DNA from: Candidatus Moraniibacteriota bacterium
GTDB lineage: Bacteria > Patescibacteriota > Minisyncoccia > Moranbacterales > DUUL01
Assembly (NCBI GenBank): GCA_041583775.1
Contig: JBFHFF010000002.1
Coordinates: 128,274-192,273 of the forward strand
DNA: 64,000 bases
Reading direction: 5' to 3'
Below the pieces are notes generated by a model. It did not search any database, was not told the origin of the DNA, and saw only the letters and a program-made list of their open reading frames with translations. Position numbers and translations under genes: made by a program. Positions 46,437 through 55,514 of the stretch are shown one piece after another (within the stretch, counting starts at the first letter, position 1; each line of letters opens with the position of its first letter).

Positions 46437-48269
46437 ATGGATAAATTTAGAAGTTATTGGACTAAAAATTGGCACATTTGGATGCTAATTGGGATTATGC
46501 TCTTCTCTCTCGGAGTCAGAGCTTGGAATATTGAAGACACACTATATTTTAGAATGGATCAAGCAAGGGACGCTAAATTGATTAAAGCTGCTTTTGAAGG
46601 TGGTATAGGAGAACTCCCATTATTAGGTCCACGAGCAGCAGGCTCTTTCTTGCGACTTGGTCCAGCTTTTTATTATTTTCAATTTCTGTCAGCAAAGGCT
46701 TTTAATTCAGTTGAGCCGTATGTCTTGGCTTTTCCAGATCTATTATTTTCAATTCTAACAATTCCGCTTTTTTATTATTTTCTTAGAAGTTTTTTCTCGA
46801 AAAAAGTTAGCATAGCAGTTGTTTGTGTTTTTGCCTCCTCTTTTATATTAACTCAATATTCTCGTTTTGCTTGGAATCCAAATTCGATTCCATTTTGGGC
46901 ACTATTGACACTTTTAGGAGCTTATAAAAGTGTCGCTATGAAAGATTCAAAAAGCGCTGGTAAATGGCTTTTAGTGGCAGCGTTTGGTTATTCAATTGCA
47001 AGTCAAATGCACTTTACGGCATTATTGTCATTGCCAGTTATAGTGGGCGGTTTTTGGATTTTAAATTGGCCAAAAAAGATAAAACTTAAGTTTTGGGCCT
47101 TGTCCTTGGGGATTTTTGCTTTTTTCTATATCCCAATGGCAATTAGTGAAGTTTTTACAGATTTCGACAATAGTCATCAATTTCTTTATGCACTTGCCAC
47201 AAAAGGATCAGATGAGGTGTCATTAAAAGAACAACTTGAACAATCATTGCGGTTGCATGCGAAATATTATTCGATGATGCTAACTTCTTATGGAAATTTG
47301 AAATCAAAAGAGTTTATTGCAACTTTTATTTTTATGATAGGTTTTTCTTTTTGGAGATTTAGGAGAATTTGGAAATCTGAGAAGTGGCAAACAAAAAAAG
47401 CTTTTATAACTATGGTCACTATCTGGTTTTTGGTTTTTGCAGTGCTTTATTCAAAATTAGCGATGGATATCTCAAAGCCAAGATTTTGGTTATTAATAGT
47501 TTTTTTGCCGTATATTTTTCTTGCTTTGCTTTTTCAATGGCTTGAGGGTTTTAAAAATAAGCGATTTTCCAAGACTCTTGTGATTGGAATTACAACCTTT
47601 CTTGTTTTAATTAACGCTTATGCTGTTGGTTTTTGGTATTATTCACTCAATACGCAAAATGAAATAAAAGGAACATTTTCTAGGGATCTAGAACTTAAAC
47701 AAAGTGATTTGATTGGAATAAAACAGATGAGAATGGTTGTTAATGATTGGATTGATATATCTGAAAAAAATAATAAGCAAATTTGTTATCGCTCAGAAAC
47801 ATCATATCTATATCCGTATGGATATGTCTTGGATGTATATTATCCCAACATAGAAGCTAAAAGAACGAAATTTACTGAAGATACAAATGAAAATTGTTCT
47901 TTTGTTTCAGTTAGGCACGGTGAAACAAAAGGAAAAAATCCAATTGAAAAGGCACATGTGGATGAATTTGAGGTTATTTCAAAAAAAACTTATAATAAAA
48001 TGATCACATGGGAGCTTATTCTCAAAGATAAAACGAATGAAAATATTCCAAAAGAAGAAGATGCTATAACCGTTGAGACTGACAGTGTCGAGAAAGGAGA
48101 AAATAACTCTCAAATAAATCTAAGCGACGAGAATTTAGAGGATATGACAGAAATCGAAATGGATGATGTTGAAAATCTTGAAGAGGAAGATAGTGCCCCC
48201 AAAAAACTCCCTAGAAAAGAAAGGGTTTTTTGGAAACATATTTTTGGGAATGAAGAATATGAAGAATAA
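46437..48269 (+). CDS. ArnT/PMT-like (GT-C fold) membrane glycosyltransferase with an acidic C-terminal tail
   Basis: N-terminal pattern WHIWMLIGIMLFSLGVRAWNIEDTLYFRMDQARDA (the DE/RD loop typical of the PMT_2/ArnT family), followed by more than 10 TM helices. Confidence 0.65.
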   Translation: MDKFRSYWTKNWHIWMLIGIMLFSLGVRAWNIEDTLYFRMDQARDAKLIKAAFEGGIGELPLLGPRAAGSFLRLGPAFYYFQFLSAKAFNSVEPYVLAFPDLLFSILTIPLFYYFLRSFFSKKVSIAVVCVFASSFILTQYSRFAWNPNSIPFWALLTLLGAYKSVAMKDSKSAGKWLLVAAFGYSIASQMHFTALLSLPVIVGGFWILNWPKKIKLKFWALSLGIFAFFYIPMAISEVFTDFDNSHQFLYALATKGSDEVSLKEQLEQSLRLHAKYYSMMLTSYGNLKSKEFIATFIFMIGFSFWRFRRIWKSEKWQTKKAFITMVTIWFLVFAVLYSKLAMDISKPRFWLLIVFLPYIFLALLFQWLEGFKNKRFSKTLVIGITTFLVLINAYAVGFWYYSLNTQNEIKGTFSRDLELKQSDLIGIKQMRMVVNDWIDISEKNNKQICYRSETSYLYPYGYVLDVYYPNIEAKRTKFTEDTNENCSFVSVRHGETKGKNPIEKAHVDEFEVISKKTYNKMITWELILKDKTNENIPKEEDAITVETDSVEKGENNSQINLSDENLEDMTEIEMDDVENLEEEDSAPKKLPRKERVFWKHIFGNEEYEE

Positions 48270-48283
48270 TTTTTTATATTGAA

Positions 48284-49093
48284 ATGATTATGGAATTTGG
48301 TTTTACCGAAAAAGATCTGGCTAAGTGGCGGGATAAAAGTTTTTTATTTCCTGGCAAGAAAGATACCGCAGTAATTCTCTTTCATGGATGGTCAGCCCTA
48401 CCCAAACAAACAAAATCTCTCGCGCAATTTATTAATAAACAAGGTTATTTAACTTATTCCCCGCTTTTTAATGGACACGGCACACATCCCGATGATTTAG
48501 GTAGGGCAAAAAAAGAAGATTGGCTCAATGATGCAAAAGAAGCAATAAAAAAGGTCAAGTCTCAAAAAGGAATAAAAAAAGTAATTTTAGTAGGCATTTC
48601 ACTCGGTGGCAATATATCATTGCTTGTTAGTCAAGAAATGAAAATAGATGGAATAGTGCTTTTAGGTACACCAATCCACTTTAAGAATCACTTCGGGATG
48701 TGGATAGGTTCAATTTTTGTGCCATTTTTTAAAAAATATCTTAAAAAGAATTATCCAAAAAATATTCAACGGGATTTTGATTTTTTAAATGCCACCTCTT
48801 ACCAGTATTATCCTACAAAAAGTGTAAAAGAAATTTTGCGTTCAACAAGAAGTTGCGCTTTCTCTTTAAGGAAGGTAACCGCACCAACTTTTATTTTACA
48901 AACAAGTAAGGATTATGTTGTGGCAAAATATTCACCTTGGATAATTTATAACAGTATTAGTTCTAAGATAAAAAAATTACAATGGATTAAACTTCAAAAA
49001 GAAGACCATGTTTTTGTGCAAGATGAAATGAAAGATTGTTATATTTTGATTTCTAATTTTATAAATCAAATAAATTCTCAAAAACATAAATAA
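48284..49093 (+). CDS. Alpha/beta-hydrolase fold esterase/lipase
   Basis: HGWSALP... and the nucleophile elbow VGISLGG (GxSxG). Confidence 0.65.
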   Translation: MIMEFGFTEKDLAKWRDKSFLFPGKKDTAVILFHGWSALPKQTKSLAQFINKQGYLTYSPLFNGHGTHPDDLGRAKKEDWLNDAKEAIKKVKSQKGIKKVILVGISLGGNISLLVSQEMKIDGIVLLGTPIHFKNHFGMWIGSIFVPFFKKYLKKNYPKNIQRDFDFLNATSYQYYPTKSVKEILRSTRSCAFSLRKVTAPTFILQTSKDYVVAKYSPWIIYNSISSKIKKLQWIKLQKEDHVFVQDEMKDCYILISNFINQINSQKHK

Positions 49094-49101
49094 ATAAACT
49101 A

Positions 49102-50259
49102 ATGAAAATTGCGTTTTTTGCAAATTCTTATTTCCCTATAACATATGGCTCAACAATTTCCATTGAAAATTTTCGAGTTGGACTTGAAAAACTTGGACAC
49201 GAAGTGCATATTTTCGTGCCTCGTTTCTGGGGGTATAAATATGAAACAAAAAACATACACTTATATCCTTCGATAATGTTTGGCTATAAGATAAAATACC
49301 CAATTGCTATTTGTGGATTTTCAAATATGACAAAAAAAGTGAGTGAAATTGGATTTGACATAATTCATGCCCAACACCCATTTTCGGTTGGTTGTGATGC
49401 AATGAAAATTGCAAAAAAAGTTAATGTGCCACTTATTTTTACCCACCATGCTAAATACGAAGAATATACTCATTATGTCCCTCCAATTATTCCTCAAAAA
49501 ATTCTAAAAGCAATTGTTGGAAATAAAGTCACAAAATTTGCAAATAATTGTGATGTTTGTATTTCTCCTAGTCAAACAATTAAGGAATACATGCAAGAAA
49601 GAAATATTACAGCACCAATAGAAGTTTTGCCCACAGGAATAGAGTGGCATAAATTTCAAATGAATAATAATAAGGTGATTAAAGATGAATTAGGAATCAC
49701 AAATAAACAAAAAATCATCATATTTATAGGAAGAATAGAGGCTGAAAAAAATATTATATTTCTTATTGAAGAAGTTTTTCCAATTCTTAAAGAAAATAAG
49801 TTGGTGAAATTCCTTTTTGTTGGAGATGGTAGTTTAGTTGAAAAAATAAAAGAAAAAGCTCAGAAAGAAGGAGTTTTAAAGCAACTTATTTTTACCGGAA
49901 TTATTAGACAGGAAAAAATTGCTTATTTTTATTCAATAGCAGATATTTTTGTACATGCCTCATTAACAGAGACACAAGGAATGACGATTGCTGAAGCGAT
50001 GGCCACAGGGCTTCCAATTGTTGCAATTAAAGCACCGGGAGTTATTGATCAATTAGAAAATCAGAAAACAGGAATAATAATTTCTCAAAAAAAAGGTCTT
50101 TTTAAAAAAGAAATAGAAAAACTACTTATAGATAAAAAAAGATGTAAAGAGATCGGTGGTGCTGCAAAAGAAAAAGCTAAAGAATTTGATAATTCAATAA
50201 GAGTTAAGCAACTTGAAAATATTTATCAAAAAACAATTGAAAAAAGAAATTGTTTTTAG
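49102..50259 (+). CDS. Glycosyltransferase family 4
   Basis: C-terminal domain with ETQGMTIAEAMATGLPIVA (EX7E motif) and GT-B length. Confidence 0.8.
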   Translation: MKIAFFANSYFPITYGSTISIENFRVGLEKLGHEVHIFVPRFWGYKYETKNIHLYPSIMFGYKIKYPIAICGFSNMTKKVSEIGFDIIHAQHPFSVGCDAMKIAKKVNVPLIFTHHAKYEEYTHYVPPIIPQKILKAIVGNKVTKFANNCDVCISPSQTIKEYMQERNITAPIEVLPTGIEWHKFQMNNNKVIKDELGITNKQKIIIFIGRIEAEKNIIFLIEEVFPILKENKLVKFLFVGDGSLVEKIKEKAQKEGVLKQLIFTGIIRQEKIAYFYSIADIFVHASLTETQGMTIAEAMATGLPIVAIKAPGVIDQLENQKTGIIISQKKGLFKKEIEKLLIDKKRCKEIGGAAKEKAKEFDNSIRVKQLENIYQKTIEKRNCF

Positions 50260-51416
50260 CGAGTAACATTGGAAATGCAATGTAGACTGCCATTTTTTTT
50301 AAACAAAGTATCATCAAGAACGGGAATGGGAAGGTAGTTTAATTCAGAAAAAAGCTTAAATGCATAGAGAGCATTGCCTTGCAAATCATCTTTTTTAAAG
50401 GATGATTTTTTTAGGCTTAAATCTTTTAATTCATTGGGATATACGGGGAAAATAACACTATTTTTATTTGTTAGACTATTTCTAAAAGTTATAGCATTTA
50501 AAGAGGATATTGAACTTTCAACATCTTTTATAGAAATTGGAAGTAATATTGTTTTAAAGCCGAGAGCTTCTAATTGTTTTTTATATAATTTGTGCTGAGA
50601 AGTTGCTTCACTTTTTGGTGCATCAACAATAGAGTTTATTACAACAAGGTTGTTTTCAAGAAACAGAATTGATTGATCTAAGTGAATAAAATTTTCTCTC
50701 CTTCTTTTATCCCCTAAAACCACGATTTTGTAGTCAGGAAAAGTTTTTTGTATGAGTTTTTTTACTTGAAAATCAAAAAGATATTTATTTTTTAACCGGT
50801 ATAGATCTTGAGTTTTTTTAATTATTTCAAAATCAATAAAAATAAAGTCACCCACAGAATTTTTTGCTGATAGAATATTCCCCCCTTCAAAGAAAAATGG
50901 TGCTGTTAAGGAATTTTCCAATGATTTAAAAGATGAATTTCTTTGTTCTATGCGATTAAAAGAGGGTAATTTATTTGTTGTTGTTGGTAGTAGTAGATAT
51001 CTAGAGGATCCATTATTGACCGCTTCAAAATAATCCTGTGCCCATATTTCTAGATAATCATCAACAGAAAAATGATAATTTATTTCATTAGGTATTTCTA
51101 ATTTAGCAGTGAATTTTTCTAAAATATCCTGATTCTCTTTGTGAGTAAATATGTCAATTTTTGTGTATGAAGGAAGGTTTAATAAAAGATTAGCATAATT
51201 ATTATTTAATAAATCTAAAGTTTCTTTTTCCAAAGATGTTTTTTTGGGAATTGTTAAGGTTAATTCGCTCAAGGTTCTTTGATAATCGGGGATAATTGAA
51301 AGGTGAAGACTTTCTAGTGAATTATAAAATGGTTTATTTGTATTTAAAAAAAGGAACAACAAAAAAAGGCAAAACAAAAGTAAAAAAATAATTAATTTGA
51401 TTTTATTTGTAATCAT
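50256..51416 (-). CDS. Membrane-anchored agmatine deiminase/peptidyl-arginine deiminase (PAD_porph) family-like protein
   Basis: N-terminal TM. The C-terminus ends ...KNGSLHCISNVTR, resembling the catalytic-Cys GGxxHCxT tail of the amidinotransferase-superfamily agmatine deiminases. Confidence 0.4.
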   Translation of the reverse strand: MITNKIKLIIFLLLFCLFLLFLFLNTNKPFYNSLESLHLSIIPDYQRTLSELTLTIPKKTSLEKETLDLLNNNYANLLLNLPSYTKIDIFTHKENQDILEKFTAKLEIPNEINYHFSVDDYLEIWAQDYFEAVNNGSSRYLLLPTTTNKLPSFNRIEQRNSSFKSLENSLTAPFFFEGGNILSAKNSVGDFIFIDFEIIKKTQDLYRLKNKYLFDFQVKKLIQKTFPDYKIVVLGDKRRRENFIHLDQSILFLENNLVVINSIVDAPKSEATSQHKLYKKQLEALGFKTILLPISIKDVESSISSLNAITFRNSLTNKNSVIFPVYPNELKDLSLKKSSFKKDDLQGNALYAFKLFSELNYLPIPVLDDTLFKKNGSLHCISNVTR

Positions 51417-53536
51417 TCACAGTGAAATGAGGAGGTTAATTTATCTAATTTTTTTCTCAACAAAGGAAAGGATTCTAAAGAATAATCATTACCTAAAAGA
51501 TCTTGAGCACTTGTTCTTGATAGTCGGATTAATTTTACATCAGTTAATGATTCCATTGCAATGTCTGGTGAGCCAGATTGTGCAAGACCCATAAACTGAC
51601 CAGGCCCCCGAATTTGCATATCCTCTTTTGCTATCAAAAAACCGTCATTGGTTTTTTCCATAACACTTAGGCGTTTCGTTGAAGTAGGGGTGTTTTCTGA
51701 TGTGATTAAAAAACAATATGATTGATGCTTGCCACGACCAACCCTTCCTCTAAATTGATGAAGTTGTGCGAGTCCGAAGCGTTCAGCCCCTTCTATAACC
51801 ATTACCGAGGCATTTGGAATATCAATACCGACCTCAACAACAGAGGTAGCCACCAAAATATCAATTTTTTTATTTTTAAAATCTTCCATCACATCCTCTT
51901 TATCTTTAGCCTTCATTTTACCATGTAAAAGACCGAGTTTGAATTGTGAAAAAGGTCCTTTTTTTAATTTTTTAATTTCGTCGGTTGCTGCTTTAACTTG
52001 AGAAATTTTCGAAGACTCTTCTACTAAAGGATAGATTAAGAAAATTTGTCTACCTTTTTTAATTTCTTGTTTAATAAAAAGATAAACTCTTTCTCGATTT
52101 TTAGAATTTATAACTTTTGTTATAATTCTTTTTCTTCCTTTTGGATATTCATCAATAATAGAAAGATCAAGATTTCCAAAAAGTGCTAAAGAAAGTGTTC
52201 TTGGGATGGGGGTGGCGGTCATTGTTAAGAGATGTGGTGTTTTTGTAGAAACACCATCCTTAATTTTCAATGCCTCTTGTTGGAGATAGGCTCTTTGTTT
52301 GACTCCAAAACGATGTTGTTCGTCAATCCCAATTAATGCAAGTTTTTTAAAAGAGACACTATCTTGCAAAAGGGCATGTGTTCCAACAACAAAATCTATT
52401 TCTCCAGAAGAAAGAGCTTTTTTAATGGTTTTTTTATCTACATCTTTTTCATTAAGTTTGCTTTGAGTACCGCTGAGAAGAGCGCCCTTATAAGAGAGTT
52501 TTTTGAATAAAGTAGAAATTTCTTTATAATGTTGGATTGCTAAAACTTCTGTGGGCGCAAGAAAGGCGGCTTGAAAATTATTTGAAATGGCAGAAAGAAT
52601 TGCTAGAGCAGCGACAACAGTTTTTCCACTCCCAACATCACCCTCCAAAAGCCTGTTCATAGGAGTATTTTTTTCTAAATCACGAATGATTTGCCAGGCA
52701 GATTTTTTTTGAGCATCAGTTAGTGTAAAAGGCAATGAAGTTACAAATTTTTTAATGAGTTTTTGTTTGAACCTCACTTTAAGTGCCTTATTTTTATCCC
52801 AAGTCGCTTTTATTGATAGAGATTTTAATTGAAAAAGAAACATTTTTTCAAAAGCTAAGCGTTTCTTTGCTAAAAAACTTTCTTCAATGGTTTCTGGAAA
52901 ATGAATACCCCAAAGTGCATCCTCTAATGAGGGCAAGTTGCATTCATTGAGAATTTTTGTGGGAAGAAATTCTTCAATCTGAACAATATCGATAATTTGT
53001 TTAATAGTTTTTCTTAACCAGAAAGAAGACAATCCTTTTGTTTCAGGATAAATTGGAATAAGTGAGCCAGTAGAAATGGAGTTTGAATTAAAGGGGTCAG
53101 AAGAATAAACAGCTTCTTTTGAAATTAATTCGAAGTTAGGGTGTTGAAACTGGAGCTCATTTGTTTTTGAAAGACTTGTTTTCCCACTTATTTGAATCAA
53201 ACGGCCCTTTGTTGCGTATTTTAAAGGACCAGCTAAATTAAACCAAACAGACTTCACCAAACCAGTTTCATCTTTTATGTACATTTCCGTAATGGACATT
53301 CTTTTTCTCATTGCTCGCTTAGTATTTATTTCTGTAACCTCACCTCTTATTGTTACAGTCTCTCCAATTCCAAGTTGGGAAATGGTTTTAAATTGAGAAA
53401 AATCTTCGTATCTAGAGGGAAAATGATATAATAAATCACCAACAGTTAAGATGTTAAGGTTTGAAAGTTTCTGTCGCCAAACAGCAGAAATAAAAGGAAT
53501 TTTTTCTATAGAAGTCAGAAAAGATAAGCTTGGCAT
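51413..53536 (-). CDS. recG: ATP-dependent DNA helicase RecG
   Basis: Wedge-domain N-terminus, helicase motif I (LEGDVGSGKTVVAALAIL), motif II (IDEQHRFGVKQR) and motif VI (QLHQFRGRVGRG). Confidence 0.9.
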   Translation of the reverse strand: MPSLSFLTSIEKIPFISAVWRQKLSNLNILTVGDLLYHFPSRYEDFSQFKTISQLGIGETVTIRGEVTEINTKRAMRKRMSITEMYIKDETGLVKSVWFNLAGPLKYATKGRLIQISGKTSLSKTNELQFQHPNFELISKEAVYSSDPFNSNSISTGSLIPIYPETKGLSSFWLRKTIKQIIDIVQIEEFLPTKILNECNLPSLEDALWGIHFPETIEESFLAKKRLAFEKMFLFQLKSLSIKATWDKNKALKVRFKQKLIKKFVTSLPFTLTDAQKKSAWQIIRDLEKNTPMNRLLEGDVGSGKTVVAALAILSAISNNFQAAFLAPTEVLAIQHYKEISTLFKKLSYKGALLSGTQSKLNEKDVDKKTIKKALSSGEIDFVVGTHALLQDSVSFKKLALIGIDEQHRFGVKQRAYLQQEALKIKDGVSTKTPHLLTMTATPIPRTLSLALFGNLDLSIIDEYPKGRKRIITKVINSKNRERVYLFIKQEIKKGRQIFLIYPLVEESSKISQVKAATDEIKKLKKGPFSQFKLGLLHGKMKAKDKEDVMEDFKNKKIDILVATSVVEVGIDIPNASVMVIEGAERFGLAQLHQFRGRVGRGKHQSYCFLITSENTPTSTKRLSVMEKTNDGFLIAKEDMQIRGPGQFMGLAQSGSPDIAMESLTDVKLIRLSRTSAQDLLGNDYSLESFPLLRKKLDKLTSSFHCE

Positions 53537-53566
53537 ATTCCGTGTTTAAAAACAGATGAAAAAATG

Positions 53567-53640
53567 TGTCCTTGGCAGGATTTGAACCTACGACCTTTGG
53601 TTCCGCAAACCAATGCTCTATCCAACTGAGCTACAAGGAC
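53567..53640 (-). tRNA. tRNA-Arg with a genomically encoded GCG anticodon, no encoded CCA
   Basis: Minus-strand cloverleaf: acceptor GTCCTTG/CAAGGAC, anticodon stem TTGGT/ACCAA with loop TT-GCG-GA, T-loop TTCAAAT. Confidence 0.7.
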
Positions 53641-53711
53641 AATGATTATAAAAAGGATACTATTTCATTAAATCCTGAAATGGCACCCTTTGTCAAATAA
53701 GAGAGAACTTT

Positions 53712-54347
53712 TTAAAACAACACTTCCAACGAATCGATGAGAGAATCCTCGTGCTCCACCTCTGGAAGAAAAGAAATTAAGACCTTTCTTAAGATGGCAG
53801 GGTCAACATCACCCAAAGGAATGTTGATATACGGAATAAAACTCTTTGCACTTTTTAGAGAAAGATCTTTCTTGCCGCCCGGTTCATAGAATATCCAAAA
53901 ATTTTCCAACGAAGAAAATTTATAAAGTCTATCTTGAGCAATAACACCTTCCGTTGTAACGCTAAAATTAAAGGATTGTGCTTCTTTTTTTTCAAAAAGA
54001 TATAGAATTAAGCCAATTAAAATTGCTAAAATTGCTAGAGGAAAATTATCAGAAAAAAGACCGAGAGCCACAAGAGAGACTAGGGTAATAAAAACAATGA
54101 TATACCAAATTTTTGATTTAGGAGTACTTACAAAGGAGGTTGCTTTCCAAGAGAGTATAGTTTTGTTGCGAGCAAGAGGATTTGTGGGCGTGTTATTGTC
54201 GGAAGCAACTGAAGAAAGTTTCTCTTGTCTGGGTTTTTGAGCTTGTATTTTATGCTTGATTCCAAAAACCTGTTCTTGAGAATTTTTTGAATCACCAAGA
54301 TTCTTTTTTAGAAAAGACGAGGCAGAGTTATTATTATTTGTTTCCAT
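53712..54347 (-). CDS. Hypothetical membrane protein; likely start METNNNN, with the longest ORF reaching 54425
   Basis: Two central TM helices (IIVFITLVSLVALGLF / LAILAILIGLILYLF). Confidence 0.4.
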   Translation of the reverse strand: METNNNNSASSFLKKNLGDSKNSQEQVFGIKHKIQAQKPRQEKLSSVASDNNTPTNPLARNKTILSWKATSFVSTPKSKIWYIIVFITLVSLVALGLFSDNFPLAILAILIGLILYLFEKKEAQSFNFSVTTEGVIAQDRLYKFSSLENFWIFYEPGGKKDLSLKSAKSFIPYINIPLGDVDPAILRKVLISFLPEVEHEDSLIDSLEVLF

Positions 54348-54594
54348 TTTGTTTTTTAGTTTGAATACTGTGTTTATAAGTATAACATTTAAAGGAAAAA
54401 ACTCAAAAGAATTAAATATGTTCAATTAAAAGGTTATAAACTTTTAACAAAAGTCAACTTGACGAGAGCTTGTTTTTTGCTAGACTTAAGGCATAAGTGC
54501 TTTCAAAGCGCATTTATAGAACATTAAAAATTAAATTTTGAATATAAGACAAATGTAAGTTTGTTTTATATCTCAATAAATTCTAGAAAGGAAG

Positions 54595-55275
54595 GTGAAA
54601 AATATGAGCGAAATCCCAGAAATACAAGAAGATCTAGGAGTAGGAGGGAGAGCTAAAAATTGGTTTCAGGATAACATTCGAATCATTCTTTCCGTATTGA
54701 TTGTTGTTGCTATTGCAGCAGGAATTTATTCTTATTCTAAAAGAACTGATGAGGAATTAGTTCAGGAAGATGTTATGATAGAGGAGATGAATGAGGAGAT
54801 TGCAGCAATGGAGGAAGAGAATTCTCCGGTAACAATCATCGGTGAAGATGAAGAAACGGATAATTCAGAAGAAGCGGAAACTGAGGAAGTTGAAGCACAA
54901 CCAGAAGTTGAAGAAGTTAAAGTTACTCCAACAGAAACAACAGAAACTGTAGAAACAGAAGCTGTTGTAAGTGAAGAATCAGAGGAATCATTTATTGAAA
55001 CCGCAGCTGCTGGAGATAGTCAAACAACTCTTGCCCGTAAGGCCTTAAGGAATTATTTAGAAAAAAACAATGATTCAAGCTTAACAGCAGAACATAAGAT
55101 TTATATCGAAGATTATCTTCGAAAAAATATTTCTTTTGTTGGTACTGTGCATCCTGGTACAGAAATTAGTTTTTCTAAAAATCTTATCAAAGATTCAATT
55201 GAAAAATCTAAAACTTTGTCCGAAAATCAGCTAAAGAATCTTGAAAAATATTCAAAAAGAGTGTCAAATATTTAA
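54595..55275 (+). CDS. Hypothetical single-pass membrane protein with a very acidic extracytoplasmic region
   Basis: TM (IILSVLIVVAIAAGIY) followed by a Glu-rich low-complexity segment. Confidence 0.4.
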   Translation: MKNMSEIPEIQEDLGVGGRAKNWFQDNIRIILSVLIVVAIAAGIYSYSKRTDEELVQEDVMIEEMNEEIAAMEEENSPVTIIGEDEETDNSEEAETEEVEAQPEVEEVKVTPTETTETVETEAVVSEESEESFIETAAAGDSQTTLARKALRNYLEKNNDSSLTAEHKIYIEDYLRKNISFVGTVHPGTEISFSKNLIKDSIEKSKTLSENQLKNLEKYSKRVSNI

Positions 55276-55412
55276 TTCGTTGATAAAGGTAAATATTGTT
55301 GATTAACGAATGTACATTAAGTTAATTGTTTCATGTCTGAAAGTTTGATACAAAAAAAATACAAAAATACAAAGAAGTTCTTTTAGACATGAAGTTCTTA
55401 TATAACAAAAAA

Positions 55413-55430
55413 CCCCGGCAACGCCCGGGG
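55413..55430. terminator. Bidirectional intrinsic terminator
   Basis: A-tract, then a GC hairpin CCCCGG-caacg-CCGGGG, then a T-tract (aacaaaaaaccccggcaacgcccggggttttttgtt). Confidence 0.6.
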
Positions 55431-55514
55431 TTTTTTGTTATATGTAAAAAAGAATTCTTGCTAAAACAGTAAATTAATGATAAAATGTACTGACCAAATT
55501 TAAAAAAACAACAA

